Assembly: GCA_043228905.1 (NCBI GenBank)
Contig: JBHGNT010000008.1
Coordinates: 11,904,001-11,968,000 of the forward strand
Source of the DNA: Azolla caroliniana
Lineage: Eukaryota; Plantae; Polypodiophyta
Length of the DNA stretch: 64,000 bases
Reading direction: 5' to 3'
Under the pieces are notes generated by a model. The model was not told where the DNA came from and searched no databases. It worked only from the letters and a program-made list of their open reading frames with translations. Of this stretch, positions 36,901-51,100 are shown one piece after another (the stretch's first letter is position 1; each line of letters starts with the position of its first letter). The position numbers and the translations under genes were made by a program.

Positions 36901-39900
36901 TCGAACTCCGGAGTAGATTTGACACTTCTTGTAGCTTTCCATGAACTCCACTCTTGCTCTTTTGTCCCGACTACTCGAAGTGGTATGACACCCGGTCTTT
37001 TCGGCTCCCTCCATAAAAAATCATTTTTCAAGAAGAACTTTCGGACTTGTCGTTTCTTACTTCGGATCTCGACTCTCTTCTCTTTATTGTCCGATGATTC
37101 CTCGATTTCTCGTAGCATTCTCCCGATCAACAAGCTTTCTCCCTCGTATTCTTCTTCCCGGAATTCTTGGATTACGTCCACCCGACATATGTGCTCCGAA
37201 GCAAAGTAACCTTCGGAAACTTCTTCATTATCGGATTCGGTTATGTCATCTCCGAACCGCGCCCTTGATAGCATATCCCCTACAGCGTTGTCTTTTCCGG
37301 AGATGTGTCTTACCTCCGGATTAAGTGACTTAACATATGCAATCCATCTTAGATGCACATCTTCTAACTTCTGTAACACTTTCTCACAATCACGGATATG
37401 ATTGACTACAAACCTTCGGCATCCCCGTTCATCCATAGCTTCATCTTTTTCTTCCACCGCACACCCTTTCATCGGAATGTCATTTAGGAATGGCATTGTT
37501 ATCTCCGGTATGCAATCCCGGAGCACCTTGTTGATCGCATTCATCATATGTGCGACTCAGTTCGTCGCACCTTGTGGTAGGGTACACATCTGGACTAATC
37601 CTATTGGTGTTTGCATGGTAGTGATGTCTCGGCTCTTCACAGCTAGTTAGAATTGGTCATATCCGGAGTATAGGTCTACGATGGAGTATATCGCGCGACC
37701 GGCAAATGCTTCCGCAAATTCGTCCACTATCGGACCGACTCCGGAGTTCCGGATCGTGACCTTGTTTACCGGTTGCAAATCTTGAATAAATTGGAGTGAC
37801 CCATTCTTCTTCGGAACCGTAAACCATCGATTTCAGTACGGAGCATTTGATGGCTCTAGAATCCCCATCACTACCTTCTCTTTGAGCAAGTCAATGATTT
37901 TCGGAATATGCGCCCGTGGCACCGGAATCAGCTTCAGGTTCCACGACACATGGTCAATCATGAAGATCACCATTGGCTCCACTATCTTCGGGTCAACGCA
38001 TCCTATTTCTTTCGATGTAAATGCAAATGCTCTCCCATGTCACTCTAGCATCCCATGAAATCGTTCTTCTTCATTCTTTAATAGGAACCCACCTCCACTG
38101 ATCCGAAGTTTCTTCCAGGTCTCATCCATGAAGGCATGTCCGATATCCATGGACTTCCGAAGTGTCGGATCCCCCGAGACTGCTTTCCTCTTTTGTTCGC
38201 TATCTGTGGGTAATGGTCCCGCGGCCAGTTTCACTTTCTTCTCCACGGTCTTGTATTTCGTACATACCATTGCTTCTTCTTTGCGGAGCGCATCCGGCCC
38301 CATTTTCACAATGATCTCGTACATCTCGACCGACTCCACCGGAATTACCCGGTTTCCCTGGCTTGTATCTTCCGCGAGCTCTTCAAGCCGTTGTAGCGTG
38401 CTCCCATAGAACACTTCTTCGACTATTCCCACGATTTCTTCGTCTTCATTTATTATTGATGTCGACCGTAACTTATCCCATCCAAACCGATTCGTACTTG
38501 TTTTGCACCGAGAGGTTTCTTCCTGTGTGGGGTATCAGGGCTTCTCGGACTATCACTTCCCCACTCCGGAGTAGTCCGCTCTAAAAATCCATTCTTGTTT
38601 GCGACAAGAGCTCTCTCTTGTTCCTTTCATGATTTGCCGGCACTGTTAGGAATTGGACAGATTTCCCTCCGTTTTGGCTCCAAATTCGTGCAAAAGCCGC
38701 ACCGCTATCGAGCACCTTCGTCTTCATCCGTGATGCCGTGATAAAAGGTTGCCCGAGGATCACGGAGTATGAGACCTCGTCTTGTACAAAGAAATTTTGG
38801 TCGATCTCGTCATCCCCGATCTTCACCGTCACATCCGGACAAGCCGCAAGTAGATCTTCCGTTGCTTTAGTGGCCGCCCGGATCTTCCACCCATGATTCG
38901 TGTTAATAGGCCACTTACCCTTCCGGTAGAATTCCTTGGACATCAAGTTGATCTCCGATCCGTGATCAATCAATGCTAGCACGGGTTCTTTGATGTTATT
39001 TATTCGGACCGGAGTCTCCGTAGTTGCGCGTGCCTAGTGTGGCTTTGTGTAGTGAGAATTCGGTATTTCGTCCTGCAATTCGGTGTCATTCATTAGAATG
39101 GTATTTGCATTCACCCTTGGAGCGGTCTCCTCCGTACTTTGCCTTTTTCTCTTCACGAGATCCACAAGAAGATCGTGGAACTCCTTCGCTATTCCGAGTA
39201 ATTCTTGAAGCAAAAAATCTACCCGGCTATCGAGGATTCTCTCCTCGAACACCTTTTTCAAGTCCGTTTGTTGTTCGATGTCAGAGGTGAGCTTGAATGC
39301 CGGAATCATCTTTTCTTTTCCCTTACCTCCGGAGTTCCAGCTTTCCGATGTCTTCGATGGACCGGCTGCCTCATCCGTGCGTTGTCGCTTCTCATCTACA
39401 TACACTTCATGCAATTGGCATAAAGCAAACACGCTATTCTTATCGACGGGGCACTGCCATCCCGTAGCTTCCCGGATGCCTTCCGTGGTGCTTCGGATCT
39501 CGTTAGAGTCAGTTTTCTCAGTGCTTTCTAGCACTTTCGGCCAAAAAGACACCTTTGCTCCTGATGACTCCCCGTCACGTATTCCCGCGGTTCTCGCGTA
39601 ATTGTTCTTCGCCGCTATTTCCTCCTCTAGGACCTTCTTCATGCTGCCTTTTCAGAAGTTCGGTCAGAGCGGATTCCGAGAGTCCATCGAATGAATCCGA
39701 TTTCCCTTGTAGTAGATAAGATCCTGTCGTAGCGCTTCCTTGTGCTTGTCGCAATCCCTCCGATCATGTTCAGTGCTATCGCACCATATGCATCGACGGT
39801 TCATATACTTGGAACTTGTGGGACGGTCATCCGACTTCTTCACCATCGCGATCTTTAGATTCTCCATCTCCTTCAGCAACTGCTCCACCATAGTTGCGTC

Positions 39901-42900
39901 GATTCCCTTCTCAGTCGTAGCTTCCCGAGCCCGCGGTTGATGGTCTTCCGATCCGGATCTCGGTTTCGGAATCGGTTCCGAAACCCTCTTTTCTTCGTTG
40001 GCAAGCCATTGCCCCCTCTTTGTGTATCGCGCGACGATATCTCGCACGCTTTCTCATGTTTTGGTGAGGCCGCTCTCGGTAGTCGTGTCCTCTAGAAACA
40101 CTCCAAGATCCTTCCGGTCCCACACGTCTACGGCTCGTAAGAACATGATAACATTGTCCGGTGCAAGGATAGATTGATCTCTCGCAGACAACCTCCCGAA
40201 CCGACTTTTGAATGCCGAAAACACATCGAGGACCTTCATCCCCTTGTCCGGCGTTTCTACCCAATCTTCGAATCCTCTCCGCGTTGCCTTGGAGGAGTCC
40301 TCGATAGCGAACATGGTTTTTAGCACCTCTTCAAACGCTTCCCACGTCGGATTTTGTTGTCGTAGCCCGTGGATACTTGCTTGAGGCCCGTCGGTAGCCA
40401 CCCGTTTGAAGAAAGCCACTTGCAGTCCTTTCGAAATCCCGCACCGTAGCATTTCCGCCTTGTAGTCCCGAAAATAGCATGATACGTCCTTTCCGTTGAA
40501 TTGCCCGATCCGTTGCACGAGCTGCTCTACTGCCGCCGCTATCTCCGACATTGCACGTTGTTCCTGAAGCATCCGGTTGAACATCATCATCATGTTGTTA
40601 GCCTTCGGTTGATTTTCCATCTCCTTACCACCCGTGTTCACGTCAGGTTCACCACTAGTGTCGTGCCTTTCGGCTCTAGATCGTTGCGTGAGTCGGGTGG
40701 GAACCACTGAGGTTTTGGACTAGGAGAAAGAAGAATATGAGATAAGGCTCCTTATGAATCGATTGCAAGAAGATATTAACCTCGTGAATCCCACGAGTAT
40801 AGTGTATTAATTGATACTTAGAATGTAAGAGAGCAATAGATGGAAAAAAAATCGTGAATCCCACGAATATATTAGATTGATCCAAATCCTTGTAAAATAA
40901 TCAACAACCTCTATACATCTTTCTCTCTTCCTTATATAGTGTTGGAAGAGTCTAAGTTTATCACATGCAAGCATCATGCTTTTCCTATCTTTATTTTTCA
41001 TGCACACTGCATGTGCATGATTAGTCTGTTATCTCATCTTTTCTTTTAACTCGAGTGTCTATGCATGAATAACTTTTTGTACCATGCATGTCTAGAAATT
41101 TTACGTGGGATAAAGTTTAGTATAACTTTAAAATTCATAATACGCTAGTATAATGATAAGGCTTAACATTATTAACATGGAGGTGTAAGGTTCGATTCTT
41201 GCCCTATGCATGTAATATATAAATTTATACTTTCTTCTATTTACAAATATGTCTCTTCATCTGGTGAGAGACTCTAACCGGCCTTCTTCATCCGGCTCTT
41301 GCCAGTTCTGCTTCATCCGGTTCTCGCCTGTTTTCTCTATCCGGTTCTTACAGGATCCTTCTTACCGGTCCTCTTCGTCCGTTTCTCACAGACTCTCACC
41401 AGCCTTCTTCATCCGGTTCTCGCCTATTTTCTCTATCCGGTTCTTACAGGATCCTTCTTACCGGTCCTCTTCGTCCGTTTCTCACAGACTCTCACCAGCC
41501 TTCTTCATCCGGCTCTTGCCGGTCTCCTTACCGGTTTCGGTCCTCACCAATTCTTCCTTCTAGTTCTCACTGGGTACTCCATATCCTATCCGGAGAAACC
41601 AAAAATGTAATTTTTCACGTAGTGTGCGAATTACACTACGACATTGGAAGAGAAGCGACGTAGAGCCGAAGGGGGGCGAATCGGGACTGGTAAAAGACAG
41701 CACCCCGACACCCCGCTCTAAGGAAGCAAAACCAACGAAGGCAACGGAGCCTGATCGGCCAGTAACAACAAGGGAAGTACCAACCTCACCAGGTCGACAG
41801 GCACAACAAGAAGAGGAGTTGCCGCTGGAAACAACACTCCAACCAGGGGTTGTGGCGAGAGCAGAGCCAACACCGCAACCAGAACCGGCAAGGCAACAAG
41901 GCACCGACAGTCAATGGCTGTGATGGATTGGAGAGCAGGTGGCCGGGGTGGGGTTGTAAGCCAAATTGAAGCGGAAGAGAGAGCACAACGGAATCGGTTG
42001 TTTGCCACAACCGAAGAACTCGAGAAGGCCCGGTCAAGGATCCAGAGCATGGAGGAAGAAATTGAGAAGGCCAAAGCAGACACGCTAGACAAGTCAGTCA
42101 GGGGTCGACGGGACCAGAACCGGTGGCGTTGGTGACTGAGCAGATAGATAACACGTTGGCAGCGCCTACAACACCGGACACAAGCATCACACAGGAGCAA
42201 GAACTCTCCACTCTCAGGGAAGAGTTAGAAGCCCAGGATGCCTTGAGGGCTAGAGAATGAGAACAAAAGAAGGCAGTGGAGGATGAGAAACAAAGACGCG
42301 AAGAAAATCTCCAGAAAAGCTCCCAATTAAATGACCGGTTGAAGGAAGAAAAGGGGAAACTGCTGCAAGAGAAGGATAAGCTCTGGCGATCGGCGGAAAC
42401 CGAAATCGGGCAGCTCAAAGAAGAACTCTGACAGCAGAAAGACTGGGAAGACTACGCCCGACACCAAATAAACCAAAAGCTGAAGCAGAAGACGGAGGAT
42501 TTTGAGTGACTGCACCGGGATCACAAGTATTTGGATGCGGAGCACGAGAAGTTGATGGCAGAAGGTGACCGGCAATAGGAGAAGCTAGGGGAACTCCGGA
42601 AGGAAGTCAACATGGCCACAAAGGCATTGATGGAAGAACGACCAAGCCGGTGGACATGGCAAAGGCACTGGAAGAAGCGGCAAGGGACCGGATGGAGCTC
42701 ACCCGACAGCATTATGAGGAGACAAAACGAGCAAAGATGGTGCTGAACAGAGTTCGAAACACTTATCAAACTAAATTCTTGGAATATGAGGTGGAGGCAC
42801 AGGCAACCACGGGCCTGATAAAGAAGTTAAAGGAGGAAAAACAGGCTGCGGAGGACAAATCCAAGATGGGGCTCGACTGGATCCACGCCATTGTGTTGGC

Positions 42901-43467
42901 ATGGAAAGAACTGACAAAGACTATGATTGGTGAAAGCTCAGTGCAATGGTGGTAAAAATGGGCACAACAAGCAGCAGAATTACAGACGTTGCGAGCAGAT
43001 GCGGAAAACTGGAGAAAGGACGGCAACAACTTCTACAAGATGGATGCGGAGAGTATTGTAACCATCCAGTAGAACAACTAAATGATGACCAACTTGGCAC
43101 TCAACTCCAGCTCGAGTAATACGAATGGGAGCGAAGACAGCAGATAGCATCGTAATTGTCGGGGGCAATTAACATCAGTGATGGAGAGCAATCTCCAGAT
43201 CAACCACCGAATGTGGCCGGGACCAGAGGAGGCTAGCCAAACGAAGCCTGAATGGAACAACCGGAAGAAGTTAGACCGGAGGAGCCAGACAAAGCCCTAG
43301 TGCAGCAGCACGAGGAGCCAAGGACGGAGGAGCCGGAGCCAAAAGCGCCGAGACCAGTAGAGCCAGAGGGAAGAGTAGGTTGGAGACCAAGCCGAAGACC
43401 AACAACAACGACAACAACTACAACCGGAGGAGCAACATCAGCAGTCAGTGGAGCAACTACCCGATGA
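33983..43467 (+). pseudogene. Extra 3' ORF of the gypsy element (possible plant-mobile-domain-like N-terminus plus long coiled coil), split by the insertion at 34889-41643
   Basis: ORFs 33872-34528 and 34535-34888 continue after 41647 (CRR|KRSDVEPK) into E/K/Q-rich helical segments at 41914-42955. Confidence 0.55.
34889..41643 (-). mobile_element. Full-length tRNA-Trp-primed gypsy element (Phygy-like, tentative)
   Basis: LTRs 34889-35782 and 40659-41643; Trp PBS; PPT; gag CIWCDSTEHDRRDC, protease LIDHGSEINLM, RT PFLNDIP, integrase TTAYNPEANGKIE. Flanks CCGG/TTGG. Confidence 0.92.
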
Positions 43468-45160
43468 ACCGTTGGAGCCCCTAGACCAGAGCATTCTAGA
43501 CATTTTGGAGGATGAATGAAGATGTTAACCGTGGGTTCGACATACAATGTACTGTCCCACGGGTGTGCCATGTGTTGGCCGGTTAGGCCAGAGTATGAAA
43601 AGGGAGTCGGTTTTGGGAGTTGTAATTAGATCAATTATGATAATTATAATATCGGACGGACGGACGGACCCGAAATCGGTATACCTATCTGGATCTAGAC
43701 CGGTTTGTAGGCGGTTGCCAGTTGGCACCGGTTTGTAGCACAACCGGATACCTATAAAAGGGTCCAAAGATGATGTAATTGATGACGGATAATTAATAGA
43801 GAAGTTTTGTGTCTTTATGTATTGTGTATTGTTCTTTGCTTAATGTGATTATCATACGCGTGTATCAAGTTAATCATTCTGGATAGTCAATGGGAAGGAT
43901 CGGTCCTATATCACGGTCTGCACATTCCTTACCGTACCACCCCTTTGGTGAAGTGTTCTAAAGGGACACCCTATGTTAGCGGCTTGTCCAACCCGATGAC
44001 AACACACTGTAGAGATTTGGAATGTCAAGGTTTTGAATGTAATGGCAAGGTTCCAAATGAGTTCGGTTAGCCAGATCGAACTGGTATCTGCCATTTGTAG
44101 CCAGAATGGGCACGGTTCTCATTGTCTGATGCCCAGTGTATCACATGTCAGTTGGCTGATTACATTTACGCCGAAGCCTCCATCAATAATTGTTCTTGGT
44201 ACTTCCCTTCCTTTGATGATTACCGTGATTGCCAAACTACTCATATCGACCACTCCTGATCCTTCATCTGGGTTTGAGAAAAACACCAGTGTTGGCTCCA
44301 GATTTTGTGTTGAGAAAGCCGATTTTAACCCTTCTGTAAATCTGGGACCAATTGCAAAAATCGGCCCAGTGGCAGCATAATCTGGCATTGTTGCAAAACC
44401 TGCTAGGTCGAGTCAGTGGCCATGTTCTCGAATGGTTGTTCCGGAAACTTGGTCTACTCTATTAACTCGGTTGCGTTCGGTTCATTGGCCTTTTGTATCC
44501 ACTTTGTACCCTGCTTCCGGATTGCCTCCTAGGCCTCCCACTCTGCAAATTTCCCTTTCAATTGGGTGGTGACTTGTTGTACATCCATGACTTCTACGGT
44601 CACCATGTTCATTGTCGGTTGTTTCTCATTAGACTTGACCGGGCACTGGCTTTTGACAATAGTAGCAGTACACTTTTCGGATATTACTCGATTCCCCTTT
44701 TTTTGTACTACCCGGCTGGATACCGGAATTGATCCGGTTGGTCTCGTCCGGCCTCCACTACTTTGGTTGTGGGACGATTGTGTTTGTTTCCGACTCCCGT
44801 CGGTATTCCCGGGTCGGGTCACGATGCTCATCTCGCCGAAAATTTCCCCTACGTTTGTTCGGATTACGTCGGTTGTTGCGGTACCCCTGCCATTTCGGGT
44901 ACCATCTTCCTTGGTTTAGGTATGCTCACAGTTATGGGTACCTTCTGTCGTCTCTTCGCCGCTTATTGTTCAGAGAGTAATCTCACTTGTAGCGATCTTG
45001 GTCGTAGTCCTCTCTCTGTTTATCATTGTACTGGTAACCCCGTTTCGGTCGGTAGTGATTGTCTCTCTGGAACCTTTCCTCGTCCAGTCGTTGCTCACCA
45101 CGGAGCTCAATGTGTCGAACCGGTGTAGCTTGTTGATGTAAAAGATTGTACTCACACCGG

Positions 45161-48100
45161 TGTCGTGAGGTACGAAAACTTCACATTAAAAGTCTACAAT
45201 AACATAAATACATAACTAAAATAAAATAAATCTTGATAATATTTTATACATAAAGATAATATTAACACACTATGATAATATTATACATTATATGTAGAGG
45301 TAAATAAATAAATATATATGTTATATTACATGGACAAGAGAGGATTTGAGCCAATAATCTGCACCTTATGACACTCTAACCTTACCATTTAGCCTACACT
45401 AACAATTTACAAGAGATCATATGCGTTGTTTTATTTGAAGTAGTATTTTATAGTCTAAACCATGTAATACACCATATAGCAAGTTACATGGGCAAAAGGG
45501 GGGTACATGAACCAACAACCCCAACCTTACGGGCATTCAAACCTTACCATTTACCCTATACTTGTGATGTATATAAAACATATGTATTGTAGTATTGTAT
45601 GGTTTAAACCATGAAATGTACCACGTGCAGCATATAGCACACATGCAAAAGCCTCTCTGCATGTGCACCATATAGCACACATGCAAGAGCTTCTCTACAT
45701 GTGCGCCACATGACCCGCATGTAGAACCATCTCTTCCCTATAAAAGGAGAAGGGAGTATAGTCACAAGGGAATCAAGGAATCAATCGATCATATTGAATA
45801 GAATTACTGTATGGAATTGAGTGAAATTATATTGTAAGAGATATCAGAATAGAGAAAGAGTGAGAGAAGGTAAACGCTATATACAATCTTCAAAAGACAA
45901 GAGAAGAACTAGCTTGGTAGCGGCAGTGCTCAATTCGCAACGAAAAGGCGGAGGTTCGAGTCTTATCTCATTGAAAGATAGAAGAGAGGATTGTGTTCTA
46001 CTATCAAGAAAGAGAAGAGCGATAGAAGCGAAGATTGTGGTTGACCTTGTGAGACAAAGTTCGAATTCAACAACGCTCGCACCTATCTTGTAACTCTTTC
46101 ATCAAATAATTATAAATCTCTTTTATTGCTTCAATTATCATTCTATATCCTATCGTGTCATATCTTATTGATCACTATTTATCTATTTCTACTCTTTCAT
46201 CTCTTCCGTCCAAAATCCCAGTGATTCCTTCCTCACTTTCACGTTATCTTCTATCTACGCAATGCTACGCTTCTAGGCGAGCCACGCCACGACACAATTT
46301 GGTGAACCTGACGTGAAATGGGGAAGTAGAAGAGACATCTAAAGTAAAGATCAACATCAACATGGAAAGTACGAGTACAATGGATCCGGTAATGTTGTTT
46401 ATTAAAAAGTTGAATCAAGATCGATAATTTCATGCCTTACGAGAAGTCCGAGAGAAGATTGGTATGTTTGATGGCACAAATATTTCGAAGTATGTGAATA
46501 TATATTATGATGAAATGGAAATGTCTGGTATGAATGATGTCAATATGATAGCAAACTTTTATAAATTAGTGGACATGGAATTAAGAGATAGAATTCATGA
46601 AATACAAACATTGCATAGTTTGGATTGGAATGCATTCAAAGAAGTACTTGTGTTTGAATATGCTCGTGAGGATTTCTCTCGCGTTACTATGCGTTCATTC
46701 CATGAATGGGTCCTAAAAGAAAATAAAGGATTATTTGTGGCTGACACAAAAAAAGAGTTTGATAGATTGTATGGACACTTAAAGCCAAAAAAAAGAAATT
46801 CTTTCTTGGCAAAAGGTTGCTTTATTTTTGGAGGCAGTTGACAAGAGATATAGAAAAGAATTGGAATTTATGCTTGAAGTACCAAATACCGAGGATGGTT
46901 TAACTACAGATTGGAATGAGGTAACAAATGCTTGTAATAAATTTATGAAAAGAATGCAAAGGAATGGTGCAATGCTACAAATACTGCATGTGGGAATCAC
47001 AAATCGGCTTGAGCAAAACATTGAAGTTCAAAGACTTGGTTGAGAACCATCACATGAAATGGTCCATCAACCACAAGAAATGATCGAAACTAAGAGTGAG
47101 TCTTTGCTTGATGATTTAGTTCAAAGTATGAAATATCTAACAATTAAAGTGGCAAAGCTTGAGAATGGTCAGAATTCGAGGTCAAGGGAACCATTTCGAC
47201 CTCGATGCATGTGGTGTGATAGTCTTGAACATCGATTACGTGATTGTGCAGAATATAAAGACATGGAAAATCGAGATTTGGTGTATTGGAAAAATGGTAA
47301 CATTTATTTAACTGAAACTAGAAGTTCACTTACAAAGAACTTTGGTGATGGTGGTGTTAAGGTTAAATTTGAAAAAGCTGAAGCAAAGAAGGCTTCCACA
47401 ATGTACTACTCGGCAACGGCAGGAATGTGCCTCGATGACATGCCATCTCGATCATCATTCTAGGAGAAGGTTGTAAGTACCGCATAAAAGCAAAAGATGA
47501 AGATGAAGATGGAAGACCTTCGTGTTGTCGGAGATTCTGTAAGGAAAATTACTGGATGGGATGTTCCGGTAGATGCTATGCCAGTCTATGCTCATATGGC
47601 AGAACATCAAGACCATGAGGTGATAGTGGAAGAAAAAAGGAAAAGGTCGGATGATGAGATTGGCTCAACAAAAAAGCATGAAACAAGAGAAAGCAAAAGA
47701 AAAGAGATGGACGCAAAAGTTGAAAAAGGTAAATCTAGTCCTTCATTCAAATTAATGTCTGATTTTGAAAAAGATACAGATTTAAAGAAAATATTAGAAA
47801 CAAGAATACTAGACAGTCGAGTAGAATTTACACTAAGAGAAGTGTTAGGTATTGCAAAAAAGGAATTTCATGATGAAATAATTTATTGATATTGTGCAAA
47901 GAAAGAAGCAAGGAAATGGGTAGGTTAAAGAAACAAATCCGAAGGTGGCATATGAAGTGGTAAGCAACGACTCGAACAATATCATTGTTGACTCTGAACA
48001 TGCATCAACCTCGATGATAAGTTCAACAAAGACAAGAAGCCACTACTCTCGCAAATGTTGGGCAAGAGCCACTACTGAGCATCATGTGAAGATTGGAAAT

Positions 48101-51100
48101 GTTCCAGACCTAGTGATGGCACTTATTGATCATGGTTCTGAAATAAATATAATGAGTGATGACTTTTACAAGAAAGGTAAATGGCCAATTGATACTTAGC
48201 ATGGTTGGCATGTAAAAGCAGGCACATCATCCACCGAAGATTTATTTGGTGCATGCCCAAATGTAAAGGTTACTATTGGTGATATAGATGTAGATCAACA
48301 TTTCTTTGTGCAGGAAGGATCTACCTATCCGATAATCTTGGGCCAACCATACATCACAACGGTACGGATGGAGACCAAAGTCCTCAACAATGGTTCTGCC
48401 TATGCGAAGATTCGAAGCCAAGATGGACGAAGAACTGTACAGTTTATGATAGTTCGCCCAAATCATGAGAGGAACAAGCAAGAGCTTCATGATCATTTGA
48501 CACCAAAAGAATGTGATGATTTTGATAATCAGGTTTTTGACTAGGACTATTGCAAATGAGGGTTGCAATAGTCCGATTATTAAAAGACCCTTAGGTAGGG
48601 CATTACGACATATGAATAAGTCGTTTCATGTTTCTGAAAGTGGTGCTATATGTGTGACTAGGATGTATGAATGCAAGAGGAACTTGAAAAAGAATGCTAA
48701 TATGTTTCAACAGGCATTGAAGGATAATGGAGTACTTGAAATGGAAGAGCACATTAAAAGTGTTATGGAAGAAATTTCTTTTGCAAATACTATAGAAGAG
48801 TTAGAAATGTATTTGAAAGAAGATGATGAGAGTGTTAGAAAGATACATGTAAACTCAATTTATATGTATTATGAGATTGATAGGTAATATGAAGAAGTAG
48901 AAAGTTTATGTAATACAAAATACAAAACAATAGATAAAAAGGTCAAACCTGCTGCAGTACCATTACCTATTGGTAGTGAAGAGAAGATGGAGGCAGCTAC
49001 AACCGAGCCTATGCTTCGACCATAAATAACTTGAGAATCGAAGGGGGTGAATTTCTTCTGCAATCAGAGATCGTGACTTTCAAAGAAATGATCTTTAGGC
49101 ATGGGAAAGCGTTCGCATTCAAAGTTGAGGAGATTGGTTGTGTAGATCCAAAGGTGGTGACGCCAATGGTAATATTTACTATCCCTCATATTCCTTGGAA
49201 TTTTAAACCTATTGCAGTACCGAGAGCTTGATTACCTCAATTGTTGGAGCTGCTGAAGGATAAAGTCAAGATGAAGATTTTAGAGCCTTCAAATTCACTA
49301 TACTCCAATAGATGGTTCACAGTTCCAAAGAAAGATGGTTCTCTAAGATTCATTCAAGATCTACAACCAGTCAACAAAGTCACAATCCGAAATGCAAGAA
49401 TCGGACTGATCGTTGATAAATTTGCGGAAGTGTTTGCTGGAAGAGCGATTTACTCTATGGGAGACCTATATTCAGGATACGACCAGTTTCGAACTAGCAA
49501 TTGATAGTCGCAATATCACAACAATGAAAACACCAATTGGGTTGGTTCGAATGTGCACTCTACCTCAAGGTGCGACGAATTCAGTTGCTCATATGATGAA
49601 TGCAATGAACAAAGTTCTACATGAATACATCCCAAAGGTAACTATGCCATTTTTAGATGATATTCCTATTAAGGGATGCTTAGAAAGAGAGAAAGATGAG
49701 ACTATGGTTGGAAATGGTTGCAGAAAGTTTGTCATAGATCACATTAATGATTGTGAAAGTATTTTAAATAAGCATGAGTAGGTAGATTTGACACTATCAG
49801 GAACAAAGTCAAGCTTTGGGCAGAATGAAGTTCTGATAGTTGGTCATATGTGTGGCTAGTATGGGAGGAAGCCGTCATCGATCAAAATTGACGCAATACA
49901 GAATATGAAGGAGGTTTGCGAATCGGTAACAGAGGTGAGAAGATTTTTAGGTGCATGTGAGTTTTATCATATTTGGTTACCACACTTTGCACATGTCTCA
50001 GATCCTCTCTATCAACTTTTAAGAAAAGGGAAGAAGTTTATATGGACTAATGAACATACACAAGTTGTTCAACAGTTGAAAGAAGCATTATTGAAAGCTC
50101 TAATTCTTCGTCAACCAGACTACAAAGGTGAAAGACCAATTATAGTGACAGTTGATACTAGTCCAATCGGGATTGGTTGGGTTATCAACCAAGAAGATGA
50201 AGAGCAACATCAATATGCTATCAGGTTTGGAGCAAAGATATTAAATGATAGGCAAAGAAATTATGCGCAAGTTAAACGAGAATTGTGGGGTTTGCTTACT
50301 GCACTAAAAACAGATAGAGATTACTTGATTGGAAACAAATTTTTTGCCACTCATCAGATATTGCAATGCTTCAGTGGATTGCATACATCAGAACCATGAA
50401 CCCATAATTGTGGCATATAAAGGGTAAAGAGAATCCCGTCGCAGATATGTTGTCAAGGGAAAGGTTCATAAATGAAAAGCTAATGCAAATTGAAGATAAG
50501 AACTGGGCAACTACAAGCCATCAAGTTTCTCATCAAGTATCTATTAAGCTTCATGATGAGTTTAATGTAAGTATAATGTTCAAAGACACAGAGTATGAAG
50601 GTCAATGGTTAGAAATAGGAAAATTTTTAAAGACTCAAGAAGCCGACCCATCATGGTCAAAGAAACTAAATGAATTTCAAAGAAGAGCATTCAAATTTTT
50701 TTTACATGAAGGGCATCTATGGAGGCGTTTAAAAAAGCCAACCAAAAATCCTCTTTGAGTCATTTGTAAGGATGATATTAAAAGAAAATTAATTACTGAA
50801 TTCCATGATAGGTTGTGGGCAGGACATAGAGGCATATGGGAGACATTTATGAAGTTAAAAGAAAAGTATTGGTGGCCACATATGTATAAAGATGTAATGA
50901 AATTTGTGGAAACTTGTGAAATATGTCAAAGGTATTCAACTATTCGATATCGAGATGAGCTAAAACCAACATATTCATCATCAATGCATTATAAATTGAT
51001 GGTTGATCTAGTGACAATGCCACTTGGGGAAGGTCAAATGAAATATTTAGTACTAGCAAGAGAAGACCTTACAAACCAAGTAGAAGGAAGAACACTATGA

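Larger units (their letters stand above)
27520..44004 (+). mobile_element. Full-length non-chromovirus (Athila/Tat-like) gypsy element with an extra 3' ORF and a nested insertion
   Basis: 432-bp LTRs at 27520-27951 and 43573-44004; TSD CACTG; PBS-like TGGCGATCACG (possibly tRNA-Arg). Confidence 0.92.
23725..45160 (-). mobile_element. Decayed Athila/Tat-like gypsy host element (integrase-RNase H-RT-protease-gag), split by nested insertions
   Basis: Integrase 23725-24900 ([15 protein letters not shown]); RT 25411-26481 (YRKLNAAT, FLDG..AYNQI); protease split at 27515/44009; gag to 45160. Confidence 0.85.
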
